Positions 29,317 to 39,731 of a DNA stretch of 64,000 nt are shown here, one piece after another (position 1 is the first letter of the stretch; each line of letters starts with the position of its first letter). The notes under the pieces were generated by a model. That model made no database searches. It was not told the origin of the DNA and worked only from the letters and a program-made list of their open reading frames with translations. Where the stretch lies: positions 265,257 to 329,256 of the forward strand of contig CAWBJX010000003.1 in the NCBI GenBank assembly GCA_963789235.1, in the 5' to 3' direction. Both the position numbers and the translations under genes were made by a program. Source of the stretch: an uncultured Acidimicrobiaceae bacterium (GTDB lineage: Bacteria > Actinomycetota > Acidimicrobiia > Acidimicrobiales > RAAP-2).

Positions 29317-29517
29317 ATGGAAGCAGACATGCACGAGACCCACAGTTCGAAAGCGAGCACCACCATGACGGCGCAGCTGTGCCAGCGCTGCGGGTTCCAC
29401 CCGGCGTCCCCCCGCATCGAGGGCTACTGCTCGTGGGACTGCCACGACGCCGACGACGACGAGGAGGGCGACGAGGGAGGCGAGGACGGCAAGGGCGGCG
29501 GCGAGCGAGCGGCGTGA
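29317..29517 (+). CDS. Small Cys-rich protein (zinc-ribbon-like) with an acidic tail, hypothetical
   Basis: Part of ORF 29272..29517. Sequence CQRCGF...GYCSWDCH followed by DADDDEEGDEGGEDG. The start is ambiguous (ATGs at 29317, 29329, 29362). Weak call. Confidence 0.3.
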   Translation: MEADMHETHSSKASTTMTAQLCQRCGFHPASPRIEGYCSWDCHDADDDEEGDEGGEDGKGGGERAA

Positions 29518-29542
29518 CCTGCGCCACGTCCGGTCGATCCGA

Positions 29543-31276
29543 CTACGCGTGGGCGGGGGCCGAGAGGCCGCCCCAGCGCGGGTCCGGGCGCCCCGACGCG
29601 TACGCGGCCTGCAGGTTCTCCAGCCAGGCGAGGCTGTCGTCCAGCCCGCCGGGCCGGTTGCGGGCGAGCCAGCGAGCGCGATAGCGCTCGACGAGTGAGC
29701 CGAGCGCGGCGCCGAGGACGGCCCGTTCCTCGGCCCGCACCGAGCCGAGGAACCCGTCACCGCGGAGGCGAGCCCGAGCGTCGCGGGTCAACAGGGCGAC
29801 GAGGTCGGTGCCGAAGACGACCTCGTCGACCAGCAGCGCCGCGTCGGGGCGGTCGGGCCGGGACCGGAGGACGGCGGTGCGCGCCGCATCCAGGCGGGCG
29901 TCCACGGCGTCGAGCTCTTCGGCGGTGAGCCCCGCCGTCAGGCCGCGGCCGACCGGGAGCTGGGGGTAGTAGAGGTTCATGACCAGGGTCGACATGTTCG
30001 GGAACTGCGGCGTGACCTGGAGGTGGGCGTCGCCCAGGCCCAAGACGGCCTCGGCCAGCGCACCGGTGGCGTCGCCGAAGACGTGGGTGCTGAGCGCCGC
30101 CCCGAGGTCCAGGTCGGCGTTGGTCGCCAGGCACCACGACACGGCGGCGCCGTAGGCCAGGCCCGGCTCGCTGACGACCCACTGCTGCAGGTGGCCCATG
30201 TCGCCCCAGTCGGTGTTCAGGTATCCCGTCGCCCCGTGCTCCACGGCAGCGGCGGCGGCGCGCCGGCAGGTGGTGCGGGCGTTCGTGCTGCGGCCCAGGA
30301 TGCTCAGCCAGCTCGAGGTTCCCGGCGCCACCCAGAACGGCACCCCGGCCTCGGCCAACACGGCGCAGCGCTCGTCGAAGGGGTACCAGTGGTCGTAGCC
30401 CCACTCGCACACGGTCACGCCCTCGGGGAGCGAGGCAACCAGGTCGGGTCGCCCCGAGACCATGTCCCCCCACATGAGCATCTCCCGCCCGTCGAGCTCC
30501 GGCAGGGAGCGCAGCGTGGCCGCCCAGGACAAGAAGTCGTCGATGCGGGCGGCCGGCAGCTCCCACGCCTCGTCCAGGCCGACGTGGACCCGCCGGCTGG
30601 TGAAGAGCGGGAGCAGCTCCGCCAGCAGCTGGCGCACGAGCCGGAGGGAGGCGGGGTTCGTCGGCTCCATCGTCATCGGAGCCCGGCTGATGCCGAACGG
30701 GTCGACGAAGCCGTCGGGGGCGATCGCCAGCGACCGGTAGCGGTCGTGGCCCAGCCAACGGTTCATGTGACCCAGGCAGTTCTGGTTGGGCACGAGCTCG
30801 ACGTGGCGGTCACGGCAGAACGCGTCGAGCTCCCGGATCTCCGCCGCGTCGAAGGGGCTCGCGGCGGCGTGGACCTCGGTGTGGTCGCGGTAGGCGAACG
30901 TGTGCTCCGAGTACAGCTGCACCTGGTTGATCTTGATCGAGGCCAGCCGTTCGACGATCGCCTGCACGGTGGCCATGGTCGGGACCTTGTCGCGCGAGAC
31001 GTCGAGCATGACGCCGCGCACCGCGAGGTCGGGATGGTCGCGGACGAGGCCGACGGGGAGCGCGCCGGCGGCGTTGAGCCGCGCCAGCTGCGCCAAGGTC
31101 GCCTCGCCGTAGAAGAGCCCGGCGTCGTCGCCGCCCGCGAGCTCGACGCCGGACCGGTCGATGCGAAGCTCGTAACCCTGGGCGGGCAGCGACCGGTCGA
31201 GGCGGCGCCGGGGCGGCGCGCCGGGCACGACCTCGCTGCTCAGCTGGAGCGTCCGCGGCACCGGCAGAAGGTTCAC
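29543..31276 (-). CDS. Glycoside hydrolase family 20 (beta-N-acetylhexosaminidase), apparently cytoplasmic
   Basis: GTG at 31276 overlaps the upstream stop (GTGA) with GGAGG upstream. 577 aa, intact. Catalytic-region motifs RGVMLDVSRD, LYSEHTFAY, VGLDEAWEL. No signal peptide. Confidence 0.85.
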   Translation of the reverse strand: MNLLPVPRTLQLSSEVVPGAPPRRRLDRSLPAQGYELRIDRSGVELAGGDDAGLFYGEATLAQLARLNAAGALPVGLVRDHPDLAVRGVMLDVSRDKVPTMATVQAIVERLASIKINQVQLYSEHTFAYRDHTEVHAAASPFDAAEIRELDAFCRDRHVELVPNQNCLGHMNRWLGHDRYRSLAIAPDGFVDPFGISRAPMTMEPTNPASLRLVRQLLAELLPLFTSRRVHVGLDEAWELPAARIDDFLSWAATLRSLPELDGREMLMWGDMVSGRPDLVASLPEGVTVCEWGYDHWYPFDERCAVLAEAGVPFWVAPGTSSWLSILGRSTNARTTCRRAAAAAVEHGATGYLNTDWGDMGHLQQWVVSEPGLAYGAAVSWCLATNADLDLGAALSTHVFGDATGALAEAVLGLGDAHLQVTPQFPNMSTLVMNLYYPQLPVGRGLTAGLTAEELDAVDARLDAARTAVLRSRPDRPDAALLVDEVVFGTDLVALLTRDARARLRGDGFLGSVRAEERAVLGAALGSLVERYRARWLARNRPGGLDDSLAWLENLQAAYASGRPDPRWGGLSAPAHA

Positions 31277-32148
31277 GCCACCTCCTTGCGGTACACGAAG
31301 AACACGTCGCTCACCCGGCCCCCGACGGCGGCATAGGGCGCCACCGGTCCCACCCACACGACCGCCACCCGCTGCGCCCCCCGCCGCCGCAGCTCGTGCA
31401 GGGCCCCGAGCAGGACACCCTTGCCCGCGCCCCGGCCCATCAGGTCCGGGCGCACCGCCACCGGGCCGAGGACGCCGCGCCGGTTCACCTCGAAGGCGCA
31501 GAAGGCGGTCAGCGGGCCGGCGGCCCCCCCGTCGCGGGCGATCACGAGGTTGCCCTTGCCGAGGGCCCGCAGGACCTCGAGGCGCCAGTTGGGCCAGTGC
31601 GCTGCCGTCCACTCGTTCAGCTCGGCGGTGTCCTCCGTCCCGGCCAGGCGGTGCCCGCCGGGGTCGTCGGGGACGGTGCGCAGGTCGACCTCCATGTTGA
31701 AGTTGGTGTCGGCGCGGCGGTAGTGCCGGCGTTCGAAGAGGCACACGAGGGAGGTCTCCGAGCTGGGCACGCCGGGCCACAGGAAGTAGGGCGGGTCCGC
31801 CCCGGTGACGAGGGTCCGGTGGCCGGCCGCGGCCGCCCAGTGCTCCGCCGCCTGCACGAGCGCGTGGCCCAGGCCACGCCCCCGGGCCGACGGGTCGACG
31901 GCCAGGAGCCGAATGTGCGCGCCGTCGCCGCACTCGACGACGGCGATGACACCGGTGTCGGGGTCGCCCAGGACGACCGCGGGTTGGTCCTCGGCGAAGA
32001 GCGCGCCGTCCAGCTCGGCCGCCGACGGCGGGTCGGCCAGCGACCGTTCGCACAGCGCGGCGATGCCGTGTCGCGCCGCCCGACCAATGGGCGCCGACTC
32101 GGGAACGTCCTCGGTCGCCCGCATGCAGGCGACCCTACCGGCAGCCAT
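31273..32148 (-). CDS. GNAT family N-acetyltransferase with two tandem GNAT-like halves
   Basis: 291 aa. Two acetyl-CoA-binding-type motifs (VDPSARGRGLGHALV and VRPDLMGRGAGKGVL). The start may be the internal ATG at 32124. Confidence 0.7.
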   Translation of the reverse strand: MAAGRVACMRATEDVPESAPIGRAARHGIAALCERSLADPPSAAELDGALFAEDQPAVVLGDPDTGVIAVVECGDGAHIRLLAVDPSARGRGLGHALVQAAEHWAAAAGHRTLVTGADPPYFLWPGVPSSETSLVCLFERRHYRRADTNFNMEVDLRTVPDDPGGHRLAGTEDTAELNEWTAAHWPNWRLEVLRALGKGNLVIARDGGAAGPLTAFCAFEVNRRGVLGPVAVRPDLMGRGAGKGVLLGALHELRRRGAQRVAVVWVGPVAPYAAVGGRVSDVFFVYRKEVA

Positions 32149-32156
32149 GATGGCGC

Positions 32157-32897
32157 ATGACGTTCGACACGGTCGGGACCTTCGGCGACGACTACCTCTA
32201 CTTCTACGCGGAATCGATCGACGACGTGCACTCGGACGCGGACACCGCGGAGATCCTCGGTCTGCTCGATCCGCCCGCGGGCGCGCGCATCCTCGACGCG
32301 CCGTGCGGCCATGGCCGGATCTCGCGCCGTCTGGCCGCGGCGGGCATGGACGTCACCGGCGTCGACGTCACCCCGGCGTACCTCGCCCAGGCGCGCGCCG
32401 ATCCGCAGCTTCCGCCCCACACCGTCACGTACCTCGAGGGTGACCTGCGCGACCTCCCGGTCGACGGCCCGTTCGACGCCGTCGTGTGCTGGCTCAATTC
32501 GTTCGGTTACTACGACGACGCCGACTGTCACCGGGTGCTCGAGGAGTTCCACCGCGTCCTGCGGCCGGGAGGAACGGTGGTCATCGACACGATGCACCAC
32601 GACGGCGGCGTGCGCCACTTCACCCCGGCGCCCGACGCGGTCGTCGTCCAGCGCGGCGACGACACCATGGTCGAGGTGTCGACCTTCGACCCGGTGAGCG
32701 GCCGCATGGTCATCGAGCGCACCGTGCACCGCCACGGCGCGGTCCGCCACGCCTCCTACTTCGTGCGGCTGCCGACGCCCCCGGAGTGGGTGGTCTGGCT
32801 CGAGTCGGCCGGCTTCCACGACGTCACGTTCCGTGCCGGGCGTGGCGGGCCGCTCGACATCGACAGCTGGGAGATGGTCGTCAGCGCGACCGCCTGA
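32157..32897 (+). CDS. Class I SAM-dependent methyltransferase
   Basis: 246 aa. Motif I ILDAPCGHGRISRRLA followed by VTGVDV. An in-frame stop 6 nt upstream fixes the start. Confidence 0.8.
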   Translation: MTFDTVGTFGDDYLYFYAESIDDVHSDADTAEILGLLDPPAGARILDAPCGHGRISRRLAAAGMDVTGVDVTPAYLAQARADPQLPPHTVTYLEGDLRDLPVDGPFDAVVCWLNSFGYYDDADCHRVLEEFHRVLRPGGTVVIDTMHHDGGVRHFTPAPDAVVVQRGDDTMVEVSTFDPVSGRMVIERTVHRHGAVRHASYFVRLPTPPEWVVWLESAGFHDVTFRAGRGGPLDIDSWEMVVSATA

Positions 32898-32990
32898 AGA
32901 ACCGCTCGACGCCCGAGCCATTTCGTCGTACCCTTCGCCAACGAAGACACACCTCGATCCCCCCAGATCCCCGATCCCCAAGGAGGCGGC

Positions 32991-34941
32991 ATGCGTCGTC
33001 CGTTCCGAAACCTGGCTCTCGTCGCGAGCTGCATCATCGGTTGTGTGCTCGCAACAGCGGTTGGCGTCGCGCAGGGCGCGCCCATCACCGTGCCGCCGAC
33101 CGTCAACGCGACGACGTGGACGAGTGTGACGGTGCCGTCGGCCTCGCCGACCGAGCCCAATCATCTCTCAGGGGTCACCTGTGTCAGCTCGTCCTTCTGC
33201 GTGGCCGTGGGCCAGGTGACCACTGCCACGGGCGCAACGCTGATCGAGCAGTGGAACGGCACCGCCTGGTCGATCGTGAGCAGCCCCAACCAACCCTCCA
33301 CCACCAACGACATGCTGGACGGGGTCTCGTGCGCCGGGCCGAGCTTCTGCACGGCCGTGGGGTCCACCAATTCGGGAACGCTCGCCCTCGCATGGAACGG
33401 CTCGGCCTGGGCCGTGGTCCCGAGCCCCAACCCCACCGGCTCGACGCAGACCACGCTCTCCTCGGTGTCGTGCCTCGGCGCGAACTGGTGCGTGGCCGTC
33501 GGCAGCGCCCACCTCACCTCCACCTCCAGCACGGACACCCTGGTCGAGCAGTGGAACGGCAGCGCGTGGACGATCGTGGCTTCCCCGAACCCGACCGCCT
33601 CGACCGACAGCGTGCTCAGTGGCGTCTCCTGCGTGAGTGCGTCGTCGTGCACCGCCGTGGGCGACGCGACGCAAGCGAGCGCGACCGTCACCCTGGCCGA
33701 GGCGTGGAACGGCACCGCCTGGTCGATCGTCTCGACGCCCAACGTGTCCGTGGTGGGAAGCGCCTCGAACGTCCTGAACTCGGTCTCGTGCGCCGGCGCG
33801 TCCTTCTGCGAGGCCGTGGGTGCGGCCGGCTCCCCGGTCAATCAAACGCTCGTGGAGACCTGGAACGGCTGCGTCGTGGACGATCACGCCGAGCCCGAGC
33901 ACCTCGGCCAGCAAGTCGAACGTCTTGGCCGGGGTCGACTGCTTCAGCCCGACGACATGCAGCGCCGTCGGAACGGTCGGAACGCTCGCCAGCGTGACGG
34001 GGGACACGACGCTGGCACTCACCTGGAACGGGTCGACCTGGGCCATCGTGAGCTCACCCAACAGCCCGGCCCCCGGGCTCGGTACGTACGCGGATGGCGT
34101 GACCTGCCTCACCGATTGGGCCTGCGTCGCGGTGGGCGAGTACAGCAACTCGGGAACGAATGCGCCGTTTGCCATGAGCGCCCCCATCGCCCGTTCCGGC
34201 TACCGCTTCGTGGCCGCTGACGGTGGGGTCTTCGACTACGGGACCGGGGCGCCCTTCTTGGGCTCGCTCGGCGGGACGCGCCTCAACGCCCCCATCGTGG
34301 GCATGGCGGTCATGCCCGGGGGCGACGGCTACTACCTGGTGGCCTCCGACGGCGGGGTGTTCAACTACGGCTCGGCCCAGTTCTACGGCTCGGCGGGGTC
34401 CTTGCACCTCAACGCGCCCGTCGTGGGCATGGCGATCACCGCGGACGGGGCCGGGTACTGGCTGGTGGCCTCCGACGGGGGGATCTTCTCCTACGGCGAC
34501 GCCCAGTTCTACGGCTCGACGGGATCGCTGCACCTGAACAAGCCCGTGGTGGGCATGGCGGCGAGCACCGACGGCAAGGGCTACTACCTGGTCGCCTCCG
34601 ACGGCGGGATCTTCAACTACGGCGACGCCGCCTTCTTGGGCTCCTCGGGCTCCCTGGTCCTGAACAAGCCCGTGGTCGGCATGACGGTCCCGACCTCCGG
34701 CGGCTACTACCTGGTCGCGGCCGACGGGGGCATCTTCTCGTACCCCTCCAGCTTGCCCTTCTACGGCTCGACGGGGGCCATCAAGCTGAACAAGCCCATC
34801 GTCGGCATGGCCGCGGTGGCGGGGGGCTACTACCTGGTCGGTTCCGACGGCGGCATCTTCTCGTTCCCGCCGACGCTGCCCTTCTTGGGGTCGACGGGCT
34901 CGATCACCCTGAACGCGCCCATCGTGGGGATGGCGGCCTAG
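32991..34941 (+). pseudogene. Secreted protein built from two repeat arrays (7 x ~50 aa WNG(S/T)AW...SGVSC...C.AVG units, then 6 x ~41 aa GYYLVASDGGIF.YG...GS...LN.PVVGMA units), one frameshift
   Basis: Signal peptide MRRPFRNLALVASCIIGCVLATAVGVAQGAP with AAGGAGG before the ATG. ORF 32991..34220 continues in ORF 33820..34941 after a 1-nt insertion at about 33870, inside repeat 6. Confidence 0.7.
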
Positions 34942-35161
34942 CCGGGCCGGCGAGACGGCGCCGGCCGCCGGGTCGGGGCGACCGGCGCGGGGCGGCGGGG
35001 CCCCGTGAGGGGTCCCCGAAGGTCCGTGTACAGTGAGGGTGACACGGCTGTCAGGAAGCGGTCGCGCCGGAATGCCCTGGTGGGGGACGGCGCCGGACAC
35101 TCGTGGGCACACGCCGACGCGCCGCCGGGGCCCGCCCCGGGCGGGCTCCGAGGGAGGGGCC

Positions 35162-37001
35162 ATGAACGTCGATCTGGAGGCACTGGCAGGACCCAGGGAC
35201 CGCCTGATGGTGGACGGTGCCGTCGACCCGGTGACCGCCGAGGTCATCCGGGGCGCCATGGAGACCGTCTGCTTCGAGATGGCCATGTACGTCTCGCGGA
35301 CGGCCACCACGCCGATCCTCAACCAGTCCAACGAGCGCAACGCGACCATCCTCGACGGCAAGGGCCGGCTCGGCCGCGCTCAGCGTCGGCATCCCCCAGT
35401 TCATGCTCACCTCGACCCTGCCCGGTGCGCTTCGCCCTCGACTTCCTCGGCGTCGAGGAGTTCCACCAGGGCGACGTCTTCGTGGCCAACGACCCCTACC
35501 ACGGCGGCGGCCACCTGCCCGACTACAACGTGTTCGCCCCCGTCGTCGTCGACGGCCACCTCGTGCTCATCGCGTCGATCCAGTGCCACCACGGGGACAC
35601 CGGGGGCGCCGTGCCCGGTGGCTACAACGTGACGGCGACCGACATCTGGGGCGAGGGCGTGCGCTGGCCCGTCATCAAGGTCCTCGACCGCGGGGTGGAG
35701 CGCCGCGACGTCCTCTACGCGTTGCAGGTCAACAACCGGCTCGACGGGTATCTCGGCGACATCCGGGCCCAGATCGGCGCGGCCAAGCAGGCGGCCGAAC
35801 ACCTCGTCGAGCTGGTCCAGCGCTACGGCGTGGCCATGATCGAGTCCGCGGTCGACCACATGATCGACTACGCGGGGCGGCGCTTCGCCGAGGAGGTGTC
35901 CGCCTGGCCGGACGGCGTCTACGAGGGTGACGCCTACGTCGACCACGACCCGCTGGGCAACCCCGACATCCACCTGCACGTGAAGATCACCGTCGAGGGG
36001 CCGAAGCTGACCATCGACTACACGGGGAGCGACGAGCGCCAGGAGCTCCAGTCCTGGTCGACCTACGGCAACACCCGTGGCTACACGGTGGCGCAGGTCG
36101 CCGCCATGATGGACCCCGAGATCCCCAAGAACGAGGGGTTCTTCAATTCCATTCAGCTGATCGTGCCCCAGGGGTGCGTGATGAACCCCTACCCGGGGCG
36201 GCCGGTCTCGGCCGGGACGCACCACCCCGGGGCCGACGTCGGCGAGGTGATCGCGGTCGCCTGTCGGGCGTGCTGCCCGACCGCGCCGTGCCGCAGACCT
36301 ACAAGACGGGGATCCCGACGACCATCCGCGGCGTGGACCCGAGGAGCGGGGCGACGTTCGTCGACGGGTCGGCCGAGGTGTACGCCGGATGGTGCAACGC
36401 CGCCAAGGGGATGGACGCCTGGGGTGCCGTCTCGGCGTCGTTCGGCAACCTGTGGAAGGCCACGGCGGAGATCAACGAGTCGCTGTACCCCCACATCCAG
36501 TGGAGCCGTGACTACCGCACCGACTCGGGCGGCCCGGGGCAGTGGCGCGGCGGCTGCGGCTCGCACTACGTCAAGGAGGTGCGGGTCCCCTCGCACGTCT
36601 ACACCTACGTGGTGGGGCAGAAGTACCCCATGCCCGGCATCGCCGGCGGGGGACCGGGCGCGCCCAACCGGCTGCGCCTGCGCTACGGGACCGACCGGGA
36701 GCTGCTGGTCGAGCACACCGCCGACTGGGTCCCCATGGAGGCCGGTGACCGCATCAACTTCGACTACGGCGGCGGGGGCGGCTGGGGCGACCCGCTGGAG
36801 CGCCCGCCCGCCGCGGTGCTCGACGACGTCCTGGACGAGTACGTGAGCGTGGCGGGGGCGGCGCGCGACTACGGGGTGGTGCTGGTCGGGTCGCTCGAGG
36901 AGCTCACGCTGGAGGTCGACGGGGCGGCGACCGAGGCCCGGCGGGCCGAGATGCGGGCGCAACGGCCGGCGCCGGCGCCGGCGCCGGCGCCGGCGCCTTG
37001 A
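35162..37001 (+). pseudogene. Hydantoinase B/oxoprolinase (HyuB) family protein, three frameshifts
   Basis: ATG at 35162 (MNVDLEALAG...VDPVTAEVIRGAMETVCFEMA). Continues through ORFs 35403.., 35005..36846 (DVFVANDPYHGGGHLPD) and 36174..37001 (GGPGQWRGGCG, GGGGGWGDPLERP). Shifts at about 35375, 35425 and 36250. No hyuA partner in the window. Confidence 0.8.
36965..36997. repeat. Hexanucleotide microsatellite (GCCGGC) x5.5 encoding the (PA)n C-terminal tail of HyuB
   Basis: Read directly from the sequence. Translates as PAPAPAPAPAP immediately before the stop. Confidence 0.9.
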
Positions 37002-37049
37002 GCGGACCGGCCGGGCCGGAGACCCGGGCCCATCTGTCATGATCGGTCC

Positions 37050-38526
37050 GTGAGCAGCGGCATCGCGGCATGGGGCAGCTACCTGCCCTTCTGGCGGCTC
37101 CAGCGCTCGGCCATCGGCGGCGTGCTGGGGAGCGGCGGGGGCCGGGGGACGCGCGCCGTGGCCTCCCACGACGAGGACACCACCACGCTCGGCGTGGAGG
37201 CCGGCCGGCGGGCCCTGGCGGTCTGGTCGGGGGCGGGGTCGGTGCAGGACCTGTTCCTCTCCACGCCCGACCCGGGGTATCTCGACAAGACGAGCGCGAC
37301 GACCGTGCACGCCGCGCTCGGGCTGGGTCGCGCCTGCCGGCGCGTACGACTTCGCCGGGTCGGCGCGCTCCGCCCTGGGGACGCTGCTCCAGGCCCTGGG
37401 CGGCGCCGCCGGCGCCGGGGGTGGCCGTGGCCGCACCACGCTGGCGATCCTCTCCGACCTGCGCACCGGCCTGGCCGGCTCGGCCGAGGAGCGCGAGGGC
37501 GGCGACGGGGCGGCGGCCTTCGTCTGCGCGCCCGAGGGTGCCGTGGCCGAGCTGGTCGGCCGCGGCGCGGCGAGCGACGAGTTCCTCGATCGCTGGCGCG
37601 TGCCCGGCGAGGCGGACTCCCACGTCTGGGAGGAGCGCTTTGGCGAGGAGCTCTACGTGCCGCTGGCCCGCGAGGCCTTCGCGGCGGCGCTGAAGGACGC
37701 CGGCCTGGTCGAGGGGGACATCGACCACGCCATCGTCACCGGGCTGCACGTGCGGGCGGTGCGCGCCGCCGCGTCGGGCCTGGGCGTGCGCGAGGGCGTC
37801 CTCGCCCCGGACCTCACCGCGTCGGTGGGGAACCTCGGGGCGGCGCAGGCCGGCGTCGCGCTCTGCGACGTCCTCGAGCGCGCCGCGCCGGGGCAGGTCG
37901 TCGGCGCTGCTGTCGCTGGCCGACGGCGCCGACGCGCTCGATCCTGCGGACCACCGACGCGCTGGGCGCCGCCCAGCGGGCCCGGGCCGGGGCCGGCGTG
38001 CCCTCGGTCGCCGAGCAGGTGGCCGCCGGGCGCGACGACCTGTCGTACGCGACGTTCTTGACCTGGCGCGGGCAGCTGCGCCGGGAGCCACCACGGCGGC
38101 CCGACCCCGAGCGACCGGGCGCGCCCACGGTGCACCGCTCCGAGGCATGGAAGTACGGCTTCGTGGCCAGCCGCTGCGCCGTGTGCGGCTTCCGCCACAT
38201 GCCGCCCACCCGGGCCTGCCTGTCCTGCCACGCCATCGACCAGATGCAGCCCGAGCGGCTGGCCGACGTGCCGGGCACGGTGGCCACCTTCACCATCGAC
38301 CACCTGGCCTTCAGCCTCTCGCCGCCCGTGGTGGGCGTCATCGTCGACTTCGACGGCGGCGGCCGCTACCGCTGCGAGATGACCGACGTCGTCGCGTCCG
38401 AGCTGGCCATCGGCGACCGGGTCACCATGACGTTCCGGCGCGTCGTGGACGGCCCAGGGCGTGCACAATTACTTCTGGAAGGCCCGTCCGGCGGGCGGGA
38501 CCCGAGCAGGGGAGCGAGGAGAGTAG
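37050..38526 (+). pseudogene. HMG-CoA synthase-like (thiolase-fold condensing enzyme) fused to a DUF35 Zn-ribbon/OB-fold domain, four frameshifts
   Basis: GTG at 37050 (SSGIAAWGSYLPFWRL..HDEDTTTLGVEAG). Continues in the frame of ORF 37543.. (AYDFAGSARSALG...SDEFLDRWRVPGE...GNLGAAQAG), then ALLSLADGADAL, then ILRTTDAL...CAVCGFRHMPPTRACLSCH...VTMTFRR, and ends GVHNYFWKARP. Shifts at about 37330, 37895, 37935 and 38450. Confidence 0.7.
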
Positions 38527-38531
38527 GCGCA

Positions 38532-39731
38532 ATGGCGAGCAGCGGCATCCGCGACCAGGTGGCCATCGTCGGCATGGGCTGCACGCGCTTCGGCGAGCTG
38601 TGGGACAAGGGCGTCGACGACCTCCTGACCGAAGCGGCCACCGAGGCCGTGGGGTCGGCGGGGCTGCCGCTCCACGACATCGACGCCTTTTGGCTCGGCA
38701 CCATGACCTCGGGCGTGTGCGGTGTGACGTTGTCGCGCCCCCTCAAGCTCGACTACAAGCCCGTGACACGGGTCGAGAACTACTGCGCCACCGGATCCGA
38801 GGCCTTCCGCAACGCCTGCTACGCCGTGGCGTCGGGCGCCTACGACACCGCCATGGCCATCGGCGTCGAGAAGCTCAAGGACACGGGCTACTCCGGCCTG
38901 ACCGGCATCCGCGCCGTCGGCGACGGCACCGACCCCGGGCTGTCGTCGCCGGCCGCCTTCTCCTTCCTCGCCCCCTCCTACGCCCACAAGTACGGCGTGG
39001 ACCGCGAGCAGCTCAAGGAGGTGATGAGCCGCATCGCCTTCAAGAACCACCAGAACGGGGCCCGCAATCCACGAGCGCAGTTCCAAAAGGAGGTCTCCAT
39101 GGAGACCATCGTCAAGGCGCCATTGGTGGCCGGCGATCTCGGCGTCTTCGACTGCAGCGGGGTCAGCGACGGCGCGGCGGCAGCGATCATCTGCCGGGCC
39201 TCCGACGCGCACACGTACTGCGAGAACCCGCTCTACGTGAAGGCGCTCTCCTTCGTGGCCGGACCGGCGGCGGGGCCGATCGACCCGGGCTACGACTACA
39301 CCACCTTCGAGGAGGTCGTGCGCACGGCGGCGGACGCCTACGCGCAGGCGGGGATCACCGAGCCGCGGGCGCAGCTGGCGATGGCCGAGGTGCATGACTG
39401 CTTCACGCCGACCGAGCTCGTCCTCATGGAGGACCTCGGCTTCGCCGAGCGGGGCACGGCGTGGAAGGAGGTGCTCGAGGGCACCTTCGACCGTGACGGG
39501 GACCTGCCGGTCAACCCCGACGGCGGACTGAAGAGCTTCGGCCACCCGATCGGGGCCTCGGGCCTGCGCATGCTCTTCGAGTGCTGGCTCCAACTGCGCG
39601 GCGAGGCGCCGCCGGAGCGCCAGATCAACACCGTCGGCCCGGGCCGCACCCTCGGGCTCACGCACAACCTGGGGGGCGCCCCGGGCGAGGGCGTGAGCTT
39701 CGTCGGCATCGTCGGCACCGAGCTCGGCTGA
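38532..39731 (+). CDS. Thiolase-like protein (archaeal/SCP-x type acetyl-CoA acetyltransferase)
   Basis: ATG at 38532 after GGAGCGAGGAGAG. 399 aa, intact. Motifs VAIVGMGCTRFGE, ENYCATGSEAF, PDGGLKSFGHPIGASGLRM. Confidence 0.85.
   Translation: MASSGIRDQVAIVGMGCTRFGELWDKGVDDLLTEAATEAVGSAGLPLHDIDAFWLGTMTSGVCGVTLSRPLKLDYKPVTRVENYCATGSEAFRNACYAVASGAYDTAMAIGVEKLKDTGYSGLTGIRAVGDGTDPGLSSPAAFSFLAPSYAHKYGVDREQLKEVMSRIAFKNHQNGARNPRAQFQKEVSMETIVKAPLVAGDLGVFDCSGVSDGAAAAIICRASDAHTYCENPLYVKALSFVAGPAAGPIDPGYDYTTFEEVVRTAADAYAQAGITEPRAQLAMAEVHDCFTPTELVLMEDLGFAERGTAWKEVLEGTFDRDGDLPVNPDGGLKSFGHPIGASGLRMLFECWLQLRGEAPPERQINTVGPGRTLGLTHNLGGAPGEGVSFVGIVGTELG

Noticed and set aside
31273-32148. Mycothiol synthase (MshD) assignment for the tandem-GNAT protein
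   Set aside because: Only the two-GNAT architecture matches. From memory the sequence does not resemble MshD, so only the family-level call is kept.
34054-35361. 435-aa minus-strand ORF with periodic sequence
   Set aside because: Its periodicity only mirrors the plus-strand repeat protein. The plus-strand reading has a signal peptide, an RBS and consistent repeats.
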